This document shows, piece by piece, positions 20,453-28,784 of a DNA stretch of 51,523 nt. Source of the stretch: an uncultured Thermotogae bacterium (lineage in GTDB: Bacteria > Bipolaricaulota > Bipolaricaulia > CAYUCE01); assembly GCA_964443275.1 (NCBI GenBank), contig CAYUCE010000006.1, forward strand, positions 1 to 51,523, read 5' to 3'. The notes under the pieces were generated by a model, which was not told the DNA's origin, did no database searches, and saw nothing but the letters and a program-made list of their open reading frames with translations. A program made the position numbers and the translations under genes. Numbering within the stretch: the first letter of the stretch is position 1; each line of letters begins with the position of its first letter.

Positions 20453-21658
20453 TTAAATTGCATGATACCTAAGCCACCAATCCTTTAAAACCTTAGTGGC
20501 AAAGGTATATTCTTCTTTTTTAGAATCATAGGTGATGTAAAAATCGTTTTCCAATTCAGCAAGTAAGTAACTAAACGTCTCTTCTTCGCCCCTTCCATTC
20601 GTTTCTCGCTTATAGATATTCCATAGTTCTTTTCTTGAGAGATGGTCTTGCCTGGAGAGAACTGTAAGAAAAACCTTGGCTATATCCGCTGTTCCCTCAT
20701 CAAAGTATTCCTTTATACGCTCATAATAATGTTCAAAGTATGTCCGGTTATAAGCAGCAAGGACTTCTTCATGATAGGCTTCTTCAATAATTTCTGGGGA
20801 AAGATCCTCTTGTTTCCTATTTTCCATTTCATTAATGCTTTCTCTAACCAGGATCTGTATAAAGTAGGGTATGGGGGGACCTAGTATCTGGAGATATTTC
20901 TTTAATAGTGAGGGCGATATTTCCCGGATCCCGGTCTCTTTTTTGATAAGAGCTTTTATAAAGTTCTTAGCGTTCTCATTGGAAAATTCCCCGATTCTGA
21001 TGCTGTTTAGGTCGTTAATTGCTTTTGTACCTGCTCCTACTCGTCCGAGCACCTTTTCCATACCGATCGATCCACCAATAACCCAGCGCACTTTGCCTTG
21101 TAACTCGGGAATATGTCGTAGACCTCTTAGCCAAAATAGGAAATCTTCAGCTTGGTTCTTGGATTTATTCTTACAGATTCTCAATACAAGTAGCGGAAGT
21201 TCATCTACGATGAGGATATTTTCCCCATCCGTCCCCTTTAGAAGTTTAATTAAAGCTTTTCCTTGATCTTGCCAATCTTCCTTGAGGCTGTTCCTTAAAG
21301 CAATCTTGAACTTCGCTACCTCTATTTCCTCTATTCGATCTACAGTTTTCCCAGCTATCTTTTTCACATTTGCTAAAAATTCTCTCGTTCTATATTTGTC
21401 CAGTAAAGCCGTCATAATTTCTGCGACAAAGTCTTCCGGACCTCTTACCCATTCCACATCTAGATAAAAAGCTTCCCAGTTTTCCTTGGGATTGTCCACT
21501 AAATTCAACATTATGCTGGTCTTGCCGAAACGCCGTGGTGCAGTGAGCATTACTGAACTGGTTTCTAATGCCTTCCAAATATCGTTGATTTCTTTTTCCC
21601 TATCCCAAAGATCGCGGCCTCGGACTGTTTGCCCAATCACCAAACGTGGTAATTCCAT
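20453..21658 (-). CDS. P-loop ATPase (archaeal-ATPase/STAND-related) with C-terminal wHTH
   Basis: APRRFGKTS, ILIVDELP, IGGS; GAGGTG SD favours ATG 21658 over GTG 21667. Confidence 0.85.
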   Translation of the reverse strand: MELPRLVIGQTVRGRDLWDREKEINDIWKALETSSVMLTAPRRFGKTSIMLNLVDNPKENWEAFYLDVEWVRGPEDFVAEIMTALLDKYRTREFLANVKKIAGKTVDRIEEIEVAKFKIALRNSLKEDWQDQGKALIKLLKGTDGENILIVDELPLLVLRICKNKSKNQAEDFLFWLRGLRHIPELQGKVRWVIGGSIGMEKVLGRVGAGTKAINDLNSIRIGEFSNENAKNFIKALIKKETGIREISPSLLKKYLQILGPPIPYFIQILVRESINEMENRKQEDLSPEIIEEAYHEEVLAAYNRTYFEHYYERIKEYFDEGTADIAKVFLTVLSRQDHLSRKELWNIYKRETNGRGEEETFSYLLAELENDFYITYDSKKEEYTFATKVLKDWWLRYHAI

Positions 21659-21683
21659 TATCGCCACCTCTTTGTAACAAAAG

Positions 21684-21729
21684 TGTTATACAACATTTAT
21701 GTTATACAACAAAATCGTTGTCTTGTCAA
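21684..21729 (-). promoter_or_regulatory. sigma70 promoter overlapped by two 12-bp operator-like repeats
   Basis: TTGACA-17-TATAAC on minus; TGTTATACAACA at 21684-21695 and 21700-21711. Confidence 0.7.
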
Positions 21730-22022
21730 GGGCAAAGTTGGAAATAGGAAAATAGTACATTTTCCAACTTTTCTTAAATGCCTGATATAATTGATTTGGG
21801 CAGCGTTCAACAAACCACCTCTGTATTTTTATATTGCCGAACACACTAAACACTTATCCCTGGTAGGTTGTATAAAATAGCTAAAGAGGGATTAGAAGGG
21901 GAGGTGGGAGACAACGCCAAGATTTAATTGCCTGTCTCAGTTAAATAATTTACAATATTGACACATTTTTGCAACGAATCCCTCCGGAAACAGGTGCGGA
22001 TTTGAGCTACGTGTTATAATTT

Positions 22023-22235
22023 ATGAAAGGAGATGGGCCAATGGCTAAATGGAAGATAAATCCTAAACACTATATGATTGCAGCGGCTGTTTCGTTTGTA
22101 ATCGCTTCGATCGGCTTCTCGGGAGTTGTCTTGAAAAATGATCTGGTGAGGAGACTTATTTTTGGTTTTGTGTGGTTAATTGTTGGTGTTGGATGGCTTG
22201 GTCAATATTTTCATCGTACTACTTCGCCTCACTGA
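22023..22235 (+). CDS. small two-TM membrane protein (start may be ATG 22041)
   Basis: Two hydrophobic segments; GGAG before the second ATG. Confidence 0.6.
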   Translation: MKGDGPMAKWKINPKHYMIAAAVSFVIASIGFSGVVLKNDLVRRLIFGFVWLIVGVGWLGQYFHRTTSPH

Positions 22236-22312
22236 CCGCCTTTTTTGATGGCTCGAGGATATACGATATGGTGATTTTGATCTTGCGGATAGTCAATCAA
22301 TAAAGACAAGAG

Positions 22313-23425
22313 ATGGTTTTGAAAAGGAGCAAAAAGATCTTAATTTCCGGATATTTTGGTTACGGTAACCAGGGTGATGAGGCTATTCTGGCTGCTTTAA
22401 GTAAGGGACTGCAAGAAAATCTATCCGGGGTAAGACCGGTGGTACTCTCCGCCCACCCTGCCCGCACAAAAAAGATGCACGGGCTTGAGGCGGTAAATAG
22501 GTGGAGGTTGGCCCGGGTGTGGAAGGAGCTTGGTTCCTCAAAGGCTCTGATAACCGGGGTGGGAGGATTATACCAAGACGTCACCAGCAACCGCTCCCTC
22601 TGGTACTATCTTTTCATCGTTTATATGGCCTGGTTGCGAGGTATTCCAATTTTTATAGCCGGGTGTGGGATCGGCCCCATAAAGCATAGGTTTAATCGGA
22701 GGGTAACTGGGTTTATCCTAAAAAAAGCAAGATTTATTTCGGTGCGAGATGAGAAAAGCGTTCAGGTCTTAAAAGGATGGGGGATAGAAAAATCCCGACT
22801 CCATCAGGGAGAGGATCTGGCGTTGGGTTTGGAATTTAGTGGCTTGCAAAGCATGAGTATCTCCGATAAAGAAAACCAGGGGAAGAAAATATTGGCTGTA
22901 TCCTTAAGAAAGCCGGTAAAAAATAATAGAGGATTTAACCGGACTATAGCCCGGGCCATTAATAGAATGGGTGAGGAGTTTAAGATAAAAGTCCTCTTCA
23001 TCCCCATGTATTATCAAAAAGACATTGACCTCACAAAAGAGACGGCTCAAAACTTGCAAGTAGAATCCGAAATTGTGGATAGCTACAATATGACCCCCTA
23101 CCAAGTAATGGAAGTAATCAAGAGATGTCATGTTTTATTGGGAATGCGGCTGCACGCCTTGGAATTTGCTTATCTTCTACATATTCCTTTTCTCGCTATA
23201 AGTTATGATCCCAAGGTGGAAGAATTTGTGGAAAAGCTAAATGTGATTCTACCTATATTTAAAGGCCGGGAAATAGATAAAGAGGAGCTCTTTTTGGCTA
23301 TAAGAGATATCATGGTCAAAAATGAATCTTATCGAGAATCTTTAAGACTTGAGGTAGATCACTTGCAGCAATCCGCCCAAAGTTCACTTGAGAAGGTGTG
23401 CAATGAAATTTCAAAAGTTTTATAA
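22313..23425 (+). CDS. csaB: polysaccharide pyruvyl transferase CsaB
   Basis: SGYFGYGNQGDEAIL, GGLYQDVTS, SVRD, GMRLHA, SYDPKV. Confidence 0.9.
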   Translation: MVLKRSKKILISGYFGYGNQGDEAILAALSKGLQENLSGVRPVVLSAHPARTKKMHGLEAVNRWRLARVWKELGSSKALITGVGGLYQDVTSNRSLWYYLFIVYMAWLRGIPIFIAGCGIGPIKHRFNRRVTGFILKKARFISVRDEKSVQVLKGWGIEKSRLHQGEDLALGLEFSGLQSMSISDKENQGKKILAVSLRKPVKNNRGFNRTIARAINRMGEEFKIKVLFIPMYYQKDIDLTKETAQNLQVESEIVDSYNMTPYQVMEVIKRCHVLLGMRLHALEFAYLLHIPFLAISYDPKVEEFVEKLNVILPIFKGREIDKEELFLAIRDIMVKNESYRESLRLEVDHLQQSAQSSLEKVCNEISKVL

Positions 23426-23485
23426 ACTGATTAGAATTAATTTTTAAGTAAGCCGAGATTACACTTGAAAGCTTAATTTTCATAA

Positions 23486-24118
23486 ATGATGGATCTAGAA
23501 GCTATACTGTTAGTTGGACATTCGAGTTCGGGTAAATCCCCTCTGGGAAATAGAATACAGCAGTGGGGATTAAAGGGTAGAAAATGTTATCATTTTGATT
23601 TCGGTCATATCTTGCGAAAAATAAACAATGGAGAGCTGGATATAGGATTTAGTAAGAAGGAACTGAGTTACATAAGCTCAGTAATGGACGGACAATTGTT
23701 GGACGATGAGCATTTTCATATCGCCCGGGCGACCCTAAATTGGTATTTGAAAGTTAATGATTTTAACCCGGGTGCGGATTTATTAGTTTTAAATGGCTTG
23801 CCTAGGCATATTGGGCAGGCGAAAAGCCTGGCCAAGATGGGGATCAGGGTAAAAAAGATAGTCTATCTTGATTGTCCTGTAACCACTGCTTATCGGAGGA
23901 AGGTGCTGGCTGCTAGGGGGATGGGCCATGAAGATAGAAGTAATAGGGAGGACGGGGCAGAAGAGATTTTCGCCCGGAAAGTAAGCTTGTTTGAGGAAGA
24001 GACCCTCCCCTTGCTTGATTACTATAAAGAGAAGGAAGCGGAGGTAATTAGGGTTAAGGTTACTGTGGATCTGGATCCTGAGAGTATTTATGATCAGGTA
24101 AGGGATTCAATGTCATAA
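23486..24118 (+). CDS. adenylate-kinase-like nucleoside monophosphate kinase
   Basis: GHSSSGKS P-loop, LNGLPRH, RxDD-like REDG, ETLPLLDYY. Confidence 0.75.
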   Translation: MMDLEAILLVGHSSSGKSPLGNRIQQWGLKGRKCYHFDFGHILRKINNGELDIGFSKKELSYISSVMDGQLLDDEHFHIARATLNWYLKVNDFNPGADLLVLNGLPRHIGQAKSLAKMGIRVKKIVYLDCPVTTAYRRKVLAARGMGHEDRSNREDGAEEIFARKVSLFEEETLPLLDYYKEKEAEVIRVKVTVDLDPESIYDQVRDSMS

Positions 24119-24145
24119 AGCTAAGACAGTAGGAGGTGGCAGGAG

Positions 24146-24934
24146 ATAAAAGACTTAATAGCAATTTTGACCGTATGCGTAGCCACAGCGGGATTGATGT
24201 TAGCTATGTCCATCATAACCGCTGAACCCGCCTTTGATCAAGCCCAGGGTATTGGGACCACCGCTTTAGATAGTGAGCAGAGCGGGAGCCCCACTTACAC
24301 GCAGCCGGAAGAGGAGCTGGATTCAAATGTTCTTTTCGCTCCTAAACTTCAAGGTTGGATAGCTCCAATAAATCAAAAGGATTATTATCAAACTTTAGGC
24401 ACCTGCTGGGGTTGTACTATTAAATCGGATGGATGTCTTTTGGTAAGCTTGACCATGGCCCTTAGGTTTTGGGGGGTGAAGGTGATGGTTCCTGAAAGAC
24501 ATTCCAGTACCGGGGAACCAAGATTTGGGATGACCCCAGAGATCTTAAACGACTGGTTTCTTTGGAAAAACACCTATAGTTACAATTCAACCGGTTGTCC
24601 GGGCCGCTGTCTGGTAGATTGGTATCCCTTACCCGGAAATATAAAGGTCTCAAGCAGGCGGACAAATAGAGGCGAGTATCTGACCTCAAACACTAAACGG
24701 AACATAGATTACGCTTTAAGTCGCAATTACCCGGTTATAGCAGGGGTACATTGGGGGAATTACTGCCATGGGAATCCCGCTGAGACCGAAGACTGCCATT
24801 TTGTGCTTATCACAGGTAAGTGGGGAGATACCTACCGGATTATTGACCCGGCTGGAGGGATCAAAACTACTCTAGATAATGGAACTTTCGGTCGATATAT
24901 CATCGATCACTACCGCTATTTGAAAAGAAGTTAG
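24146..24934 (+). CDS. secreted C39-like cysteine peptidase; start possibly ATA 24146
   Basis: Signal-like N-terminus, NQKD...GCLLVSLTM, HFVLITG, IIDP catalytic pattern. Confidence 0.75.
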   Translation: MKDLIAILTVCVATAGLMLAMSIITAEPAFDQAQGIGTTALDSEQSGSPTYTQPEEELDSNVLFAPKLQGWIAPINQKDYYQTLGTCWGCTIKSDGCLLVSLTMALRFWGVKVMVPERHSSTGEPRFGMTPEILNDWFLWKNTYSYNSTGCPGRCLVDWYPLPGNIKVSSRRTNRGEYLTSNTKRNIDYALSRNYPVIAGVHWGNYCHGNPAETEDCHFVLITGKWGDTYRIIDPAGGIKTTLDNGTFGRYIIDHYRYLKRS

Positions 24935-24970
24935 TTGTCTGTAAAGATGTTCAATTTATAGGGAGGGGAA

Positions 24971-25066
24971 GAGGGAGAGGATAAACTTTTCTTCCTCGCT
25001 GCAAACTTTCCGCTTTCGCTTGTCAAACAGATTCTTAAGCTCCAAGAAAAATTTATCCTCTCCCTC
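24971..25066. repeat. 23-bp inverted repeat (MITE-like or hairpin)
   Basis: GAGGGAGAGGATAAACTTTTCTT / AAGAAAAATTTATCCTCTCCCTC, 22 of 23 paired, 50-nt spacer. Confidence 0.8.
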
Positions 25067-25235
25067 CAAGCAAATAGTGTGACAAACTAGCTACTGAAGA
25101 ACGGGAAGCTTATATCAAAACTTCAAAAAGACTTTTTAAATGCCTTGACATTGACTGAGTTAAATTTGTTAAATTAGCTGCAGGTTTCAATTGTTATAAA
25201 TTTTATAGATTTACTTATAAAGTAAAGGAGTCAGA

Positions 25236-26645
25236 GTGAAGCTAGCAAATAGAACTTTGTATGAACTTTTGTCCATGCTGGAGGAAGGGAAAGTTAAGCA
25301 GCGAAAAATAATTGATGAACTTTTCCAAGTTATCCAGGAAAAAGAACCCGAGATCAAAGCCTACATTTCTTTGACTGACAAGGAAGATTTAATCAACCAA
25401 TCCGAGAAGGCTTCTGACCGGCCTCTAAAAGGCATACCCATTTCCGTAAAGGATAATATTTCAACTGTTGATTTCAGCACAACCTGCGGTTCCAAATTTT
25501 TAGAAAACTTCCGGCCCATCTATGATGCCACGGTGATCAAGAAATTAAAGAGAGCCGGGGGCGTGGTTGTAGGTAAAACTAATATGGATGAGTTTGCTAT
25601 GGGCTCTTCTTGTGAGAATTCGGCATTTTTTAATACTCACAATCCGCATGATTTAGAACGGGTCCCCGGTGGTTCCTCGGGGGGTTCTGCAGCTTCCGTG
25701 GCTGCAAATGAAGCTATTTGTGCCCTAGGATCGGATACCGGCGGTTCGGTAAGACAGCCGGCTGCTTTTTGTGGGGTGGTGGGGCTAAAACCAACCTATG
25801 GGCTGGTTTCAAGATATGGTTTGGTTGCCTTCGCCTCTTCTTTGGATCAGATCGGGCCGATTACCAAAGACGTCCGCGATGCGGCCTTACTTTTGAACTT
25901 TATATCCGGTAGGGATCTAAAGGATTCTACCTCCATTGACAACGGCAATACAGATTATCTGCAGGGTATTGATAGGGGGATCGAAGGGATGAAAGTTGGG
26001 GTCCCGCGTGAATACGTGGGTGAAGATCTCTCCGATGAAGCTTTGGCCAAAATAGATGATTGGAAAGAAACTTTTAGAGATTTGGGAGCGGATCTAGCGG
26101 ATGTTTCCCTTCCCCATACTGAATATGCCGTTCCTACTTATTATCTTCTTGCTTGCTCAGAGGCCAGCGCTAATCTAGCCCGATTTGACGGGGTTAGATA
26201 CACAACCAGGGCTTCTGATGAATCCATGGAAGCCATGTTTTCCAAAAGTCGGGATCAGGGTTTTGGAGAAGAAGTAAAAAGAAGGATAATGCTTGGGACC
26301 TATGCCCTTTCTGCCGGATATTACGATGAGTTTTACGGTAAGGCCCAGAAGGTAAGAACTCTTATAAAGCGGGATTTTGATAAAGCTTTTAATAAAGTGG
26401 ATATTTTGTTGACTCCCACTTCGCCCACTCCCTCCTTTAAAATCGGTGAGAAAATAGCCGATCCGCTACAAATGTATCTATCCGATATCTATATCATTGC
26501 TTCTAATCTTGCCGGGGTTCCCGCTATATCCATTCCCGGAGGGAAAGTGAATGATCTTCCCTTCGGACTTCAAATAATGGGCAATCGTTTGGAGGATAAG
26601 CTAGTTTTACAAGCTGCATACGCTTTTGAGAAGGCGTTTGGCTGA
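25236..26645 (+). CDS. gatA: Glu/Asp-tRNA amidotransferase subunit A
   Basis: KDNI, GKTNMDEFAMGSS, PGGSSGGS, GSDTGGSVRQPA, EVKRRIMLGT. Confidence 0.96.
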   Translation: MKLANRTLYELLSMLEEGKVKQRKIIDELFQVIQEKEPEIKAYISLTDKEDLINQSEKASDRPLKGIPISVKDNISTVDFSTTCGSKFLENFRPIYDATVIKKLKRAGGVVVGKTNMDEFAMGSSCENSAFFNTHNPHDLERVPGGSSGGSAASVAANEAICALGSDTGGSVRQPAAFCGVVGLKPTYGLVSRYGLVAFASSLDQIGPITKDVRDAALLLNFISGRDLKDSTSIDNGNTDYLQGIDRGIEGMKVGVPREYVGEDLSDEALAKIDDWKETFRDLGADLADVSLPHTEYAVPTYYLLACSEASANLARFDGVRYTTRASDESMEAMFSKSRDQGFGEEVKRRIMLGTYALSAGYYDEFYGKAQKVRTLIKRDFDKAFNKVDILLTPTSPTPSFKIGEKIADPLQMYLSDIYIIASNLAGVPAISIPGGKVNDLPFGLQIMGNRLEDKLVLQAAYAFEKAFG

Positions 26646-26650
26646 AATCA

Positions 26651-26784
26651 ATGCAAAATGCAAATTGTAAAGTGCAAATTAAAAATTGAAAAATGCAAAA
26701 CTAAATGAGCCTATCGGAACGTTTACTGGACCTTGCAGTAATTTTAATATTTCCATTCTTCAATTTGCAGTTTGCTATGTGCTA
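26651..26784. repeat. inverted arrays of heptamer repeats around a short ORF remnant
   Basis: Seven ATGCAAA-like units at 26651-26699 and about six TTTGCAN-like units at 26743-26784. Confidence 0.7.
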
Positions 26785-27585
26785 GTCTTTGATATCCCTA
26801 AAGGGGATCTCTTTTCGGGTACCGTCTTGCTCTTCTAATACCACTGCTTTCTCGAAAATGTTGTGTCCTACCACTTCGTATTCGCTGCCTCTGTATCTAA
26901 TTTTGGCTCCTATCCGAGGCATTTGGGAGATTATTTGAACGTAATTTTGGTGTTCATAGGCAAGACAACAAAATAGCCTCCCGCATATTCCGGTTACTCG
27001 CTCCGGAGACACAAAAAGTTCTTGATCGTGAACTAAGCTTATAGATATTGATTTTGGGGAGTTTAGAAACTTTCTGCAGCAAAGGGGCCTTCCACACCGC
27101 CCCAGGCCGCCTTCAATTTGGGCTTCTTCTCGGGGACCTATGTGTCTTAGCTCAACATGTGAATCGAAGCGGGAAGTTAGTTCTTTAATCAATCCCCGGA
27201 AATCGACCCGCTGCGGTGAAGTAAAGTATACAAAGAGGGTATTTTTATCTAGTGTAAATTCGCAGGTCACCAAGTTCATCGGTAGTTGGTACTTGCGGGC
27301 AAGCTTTCTAGCTTCTTCCAGCGCCTTATCTGCCTCTTCTTTTAGTCTGTTCATTTTTTTCTGATGGTAGGATCTACCTTTTCTAATAACCCTGTTGGAG
27401 GGGGGACTTAAGTTATTTGAGTCCTCCGTCTCCGGATCTTTTAGGGCTAAACCCAGTTCAGAACCGTAGCCTCTTTTTACCACACATAGGTCGCCCTTTT
27501 TTAAAGATTCCTTAGTGGCTACGGTAAAATAATCTCTTTTTGATCTTGCGTTTAATAATTTGATCAGTATCTTGGAGTTGGTCAT
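26782..27585 (-). CDS. ricT: PSP1-domain protein (RicT/YaaT family)
   Basis: RVDFRxL, IGPREEA, GRCGRPLCC, GICGRLFCCLAYE; follows holB. Confidence 0.88.
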   Translation of the reverse strand: MTNSKILIKLLNARSKRDYFTVATKESLKKGDLCVVKRGYGSELGLALKDPETEDSNNLSPPSNRVIRKGRSYHQKKMNRLKEEADKALEEARKLARKYQLPMNLVTCEFTLDKNTLFVYFTSPQRVDFRGLIKELTSRFDSHVELRHIGPREEAQIEGGLGRCGRPLCCRKFLNSPKSISISLVHDQELFVSPERVTGICGRLFCCLAYEHQNYVQIISQMPRIGAKIRYRGSEYEVVGHNIFEKAVVLEEQDGTRKEIPFRDIKD

Positions 27586-28604
27586 GGCAGTTGATTCATT
27601 TTGAAAAGCAGATCCTCCAGCAGAAGCTTTTTATTGGCATACCTATCCAGCTTCCAGGTGGCTTCGGAGGCAGCTTCTATAAGTTTGGACACCGATCCTA
27701 ACGAAAAAATTTTGGAAGATGAAAGGCCATTTTTTGAATTTATTAACGAATACTTTGACGGGGACTGTAATCCTAAACGTACAAATGTAAGATCCCGCCA
27801 CCAAACAAGACAAAACCGCAGGAAAAATTTAAGCTCTCCTTCCTCAAATTTCTCTAGCTTATTGGCTATTTCTAGTATCTGATAGGCGGGTAAATCGGAT
27901 ATTGTTTTTAAAATCTTTTTCCCCACTTCAAATATTTTAACTAAATCTCTCTCTTGGTCCAACAAGTTTATTAAATCCTGATCGCGTGCCTTCTCTAATT
28001 CGATTTTAAGTTGTTCTTTTTCTCTTAACAGTTTGTAAGCCTCATCCTTGGAAAGGCTATCTATAAATTTTGGGCTCACTCTAGCCAGCTTGCCCAGGTA
28101 ATTTAGCTGGTTTTGATTGAGGTTGAAACCTTTCAGTCTCTTCTCTAGCTGCGCTCTGGATCGGCCCCTTATTCTCACTATCTGGCACCTGGATGTAATA
28201 GTGGGTAAGATGTTGGACAGGCTGCTGGCCAGCAGGATGAAAATTATGTAGTGAGGTGGGGATTCCAAAATTTTTAAGAAGCTGTTGGCGGCGGGCCCGC
28301 TCATATCCTCTACCTTATCTATTATGTAGATTCTCTTTTTGGATTCCACAGGGTGAAGGTGGGCGGTTTTTATTAATTCCCTTATTTGATCAATACCTAT
28401 ATTGTGATTTTCTCCCCTTATGATTCTGACATCCGGGTGTTTATCCTGTTTAATCTTCTGGCAGGTTCTGCAGACTCCACAGGACTTTTCACAGTTAACC
28501 TGCAAAGCAATTTCCTTGGCAAAAGAAAGGAGTTCATCACCTACCAAAAGATAGGCGTGGCTTAATTTGTCGGTATGAAATACCTTTTCATATAATTTTT
28601 CCAT
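27582..28604 (-). CDS. holB: DNA polymerase III delta-prime subunit
   Basis: SHAYL, CGVCRTC, HPDV, AANSFLKILE, LPTITSRC. Confidence 0.92.
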   Translation of the reverse strand: MEKLYEKVFHTDKLSHAYLLVGDELLSFAKEIALQVNCEKSCGVCRTCQKIKQDKHPDVRIIRGENHNIGIDQIRELIKTAHLHPVESKKRIYIIDKVEDMSGPAANSFLKILESPPHYIIFILLASSLSNILPTITSRCQIVRIRGRSRAQLEKRLKGFNLNQNQLNYLGKLARVSPKFIDSLSKDEAYKLLREKEQLKIELEKARDQDLINLLDQERDLVKIFEVGKKILKTISDLPAYQILEIANKLEKFEEGELKFFLRFCLVWWRDLTFVRLGLQSPSKYSLINSKNGLSSSKIFSLGSVSKLIEAASEATWKLDRYANKKLLLEDLLFKMNQLP

Positions 28605-28633
28605 TGGCGGGTTTTATTAGGCCTTCTAGAAAG

Positions 28634-28783
28634 CTAGTGGGAATAATATTTCCTGTCCTTTTTATCTATTTTTCCCTCTTTGAGTAATTCCCCGATAGGA
28701 GCGATCAGATTTCTCCACCCTATGTTTAGGCTTTTGCCCAAATCGGTCATTTTTATTCCTTCCGGATGATTGGCAATAACCAT
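28634..28783 (-). CDS. 49-aa winged-helix-like protein (not in the ORF track)
   Basis: MVIANHPEGIKMTDLGKSLNIGWRNLIAPIGELLKEGKIDKKDRKYYSH*; ATG 1 nt after the aspS stop. Confidence 0.6.
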   Translation of the reverse strand: MVIANHPEGIKMTDLGKSLNIGWRNLIAPIGELLKEGKIDKKDRKYYSH

Positions 28784-28784
28784 T

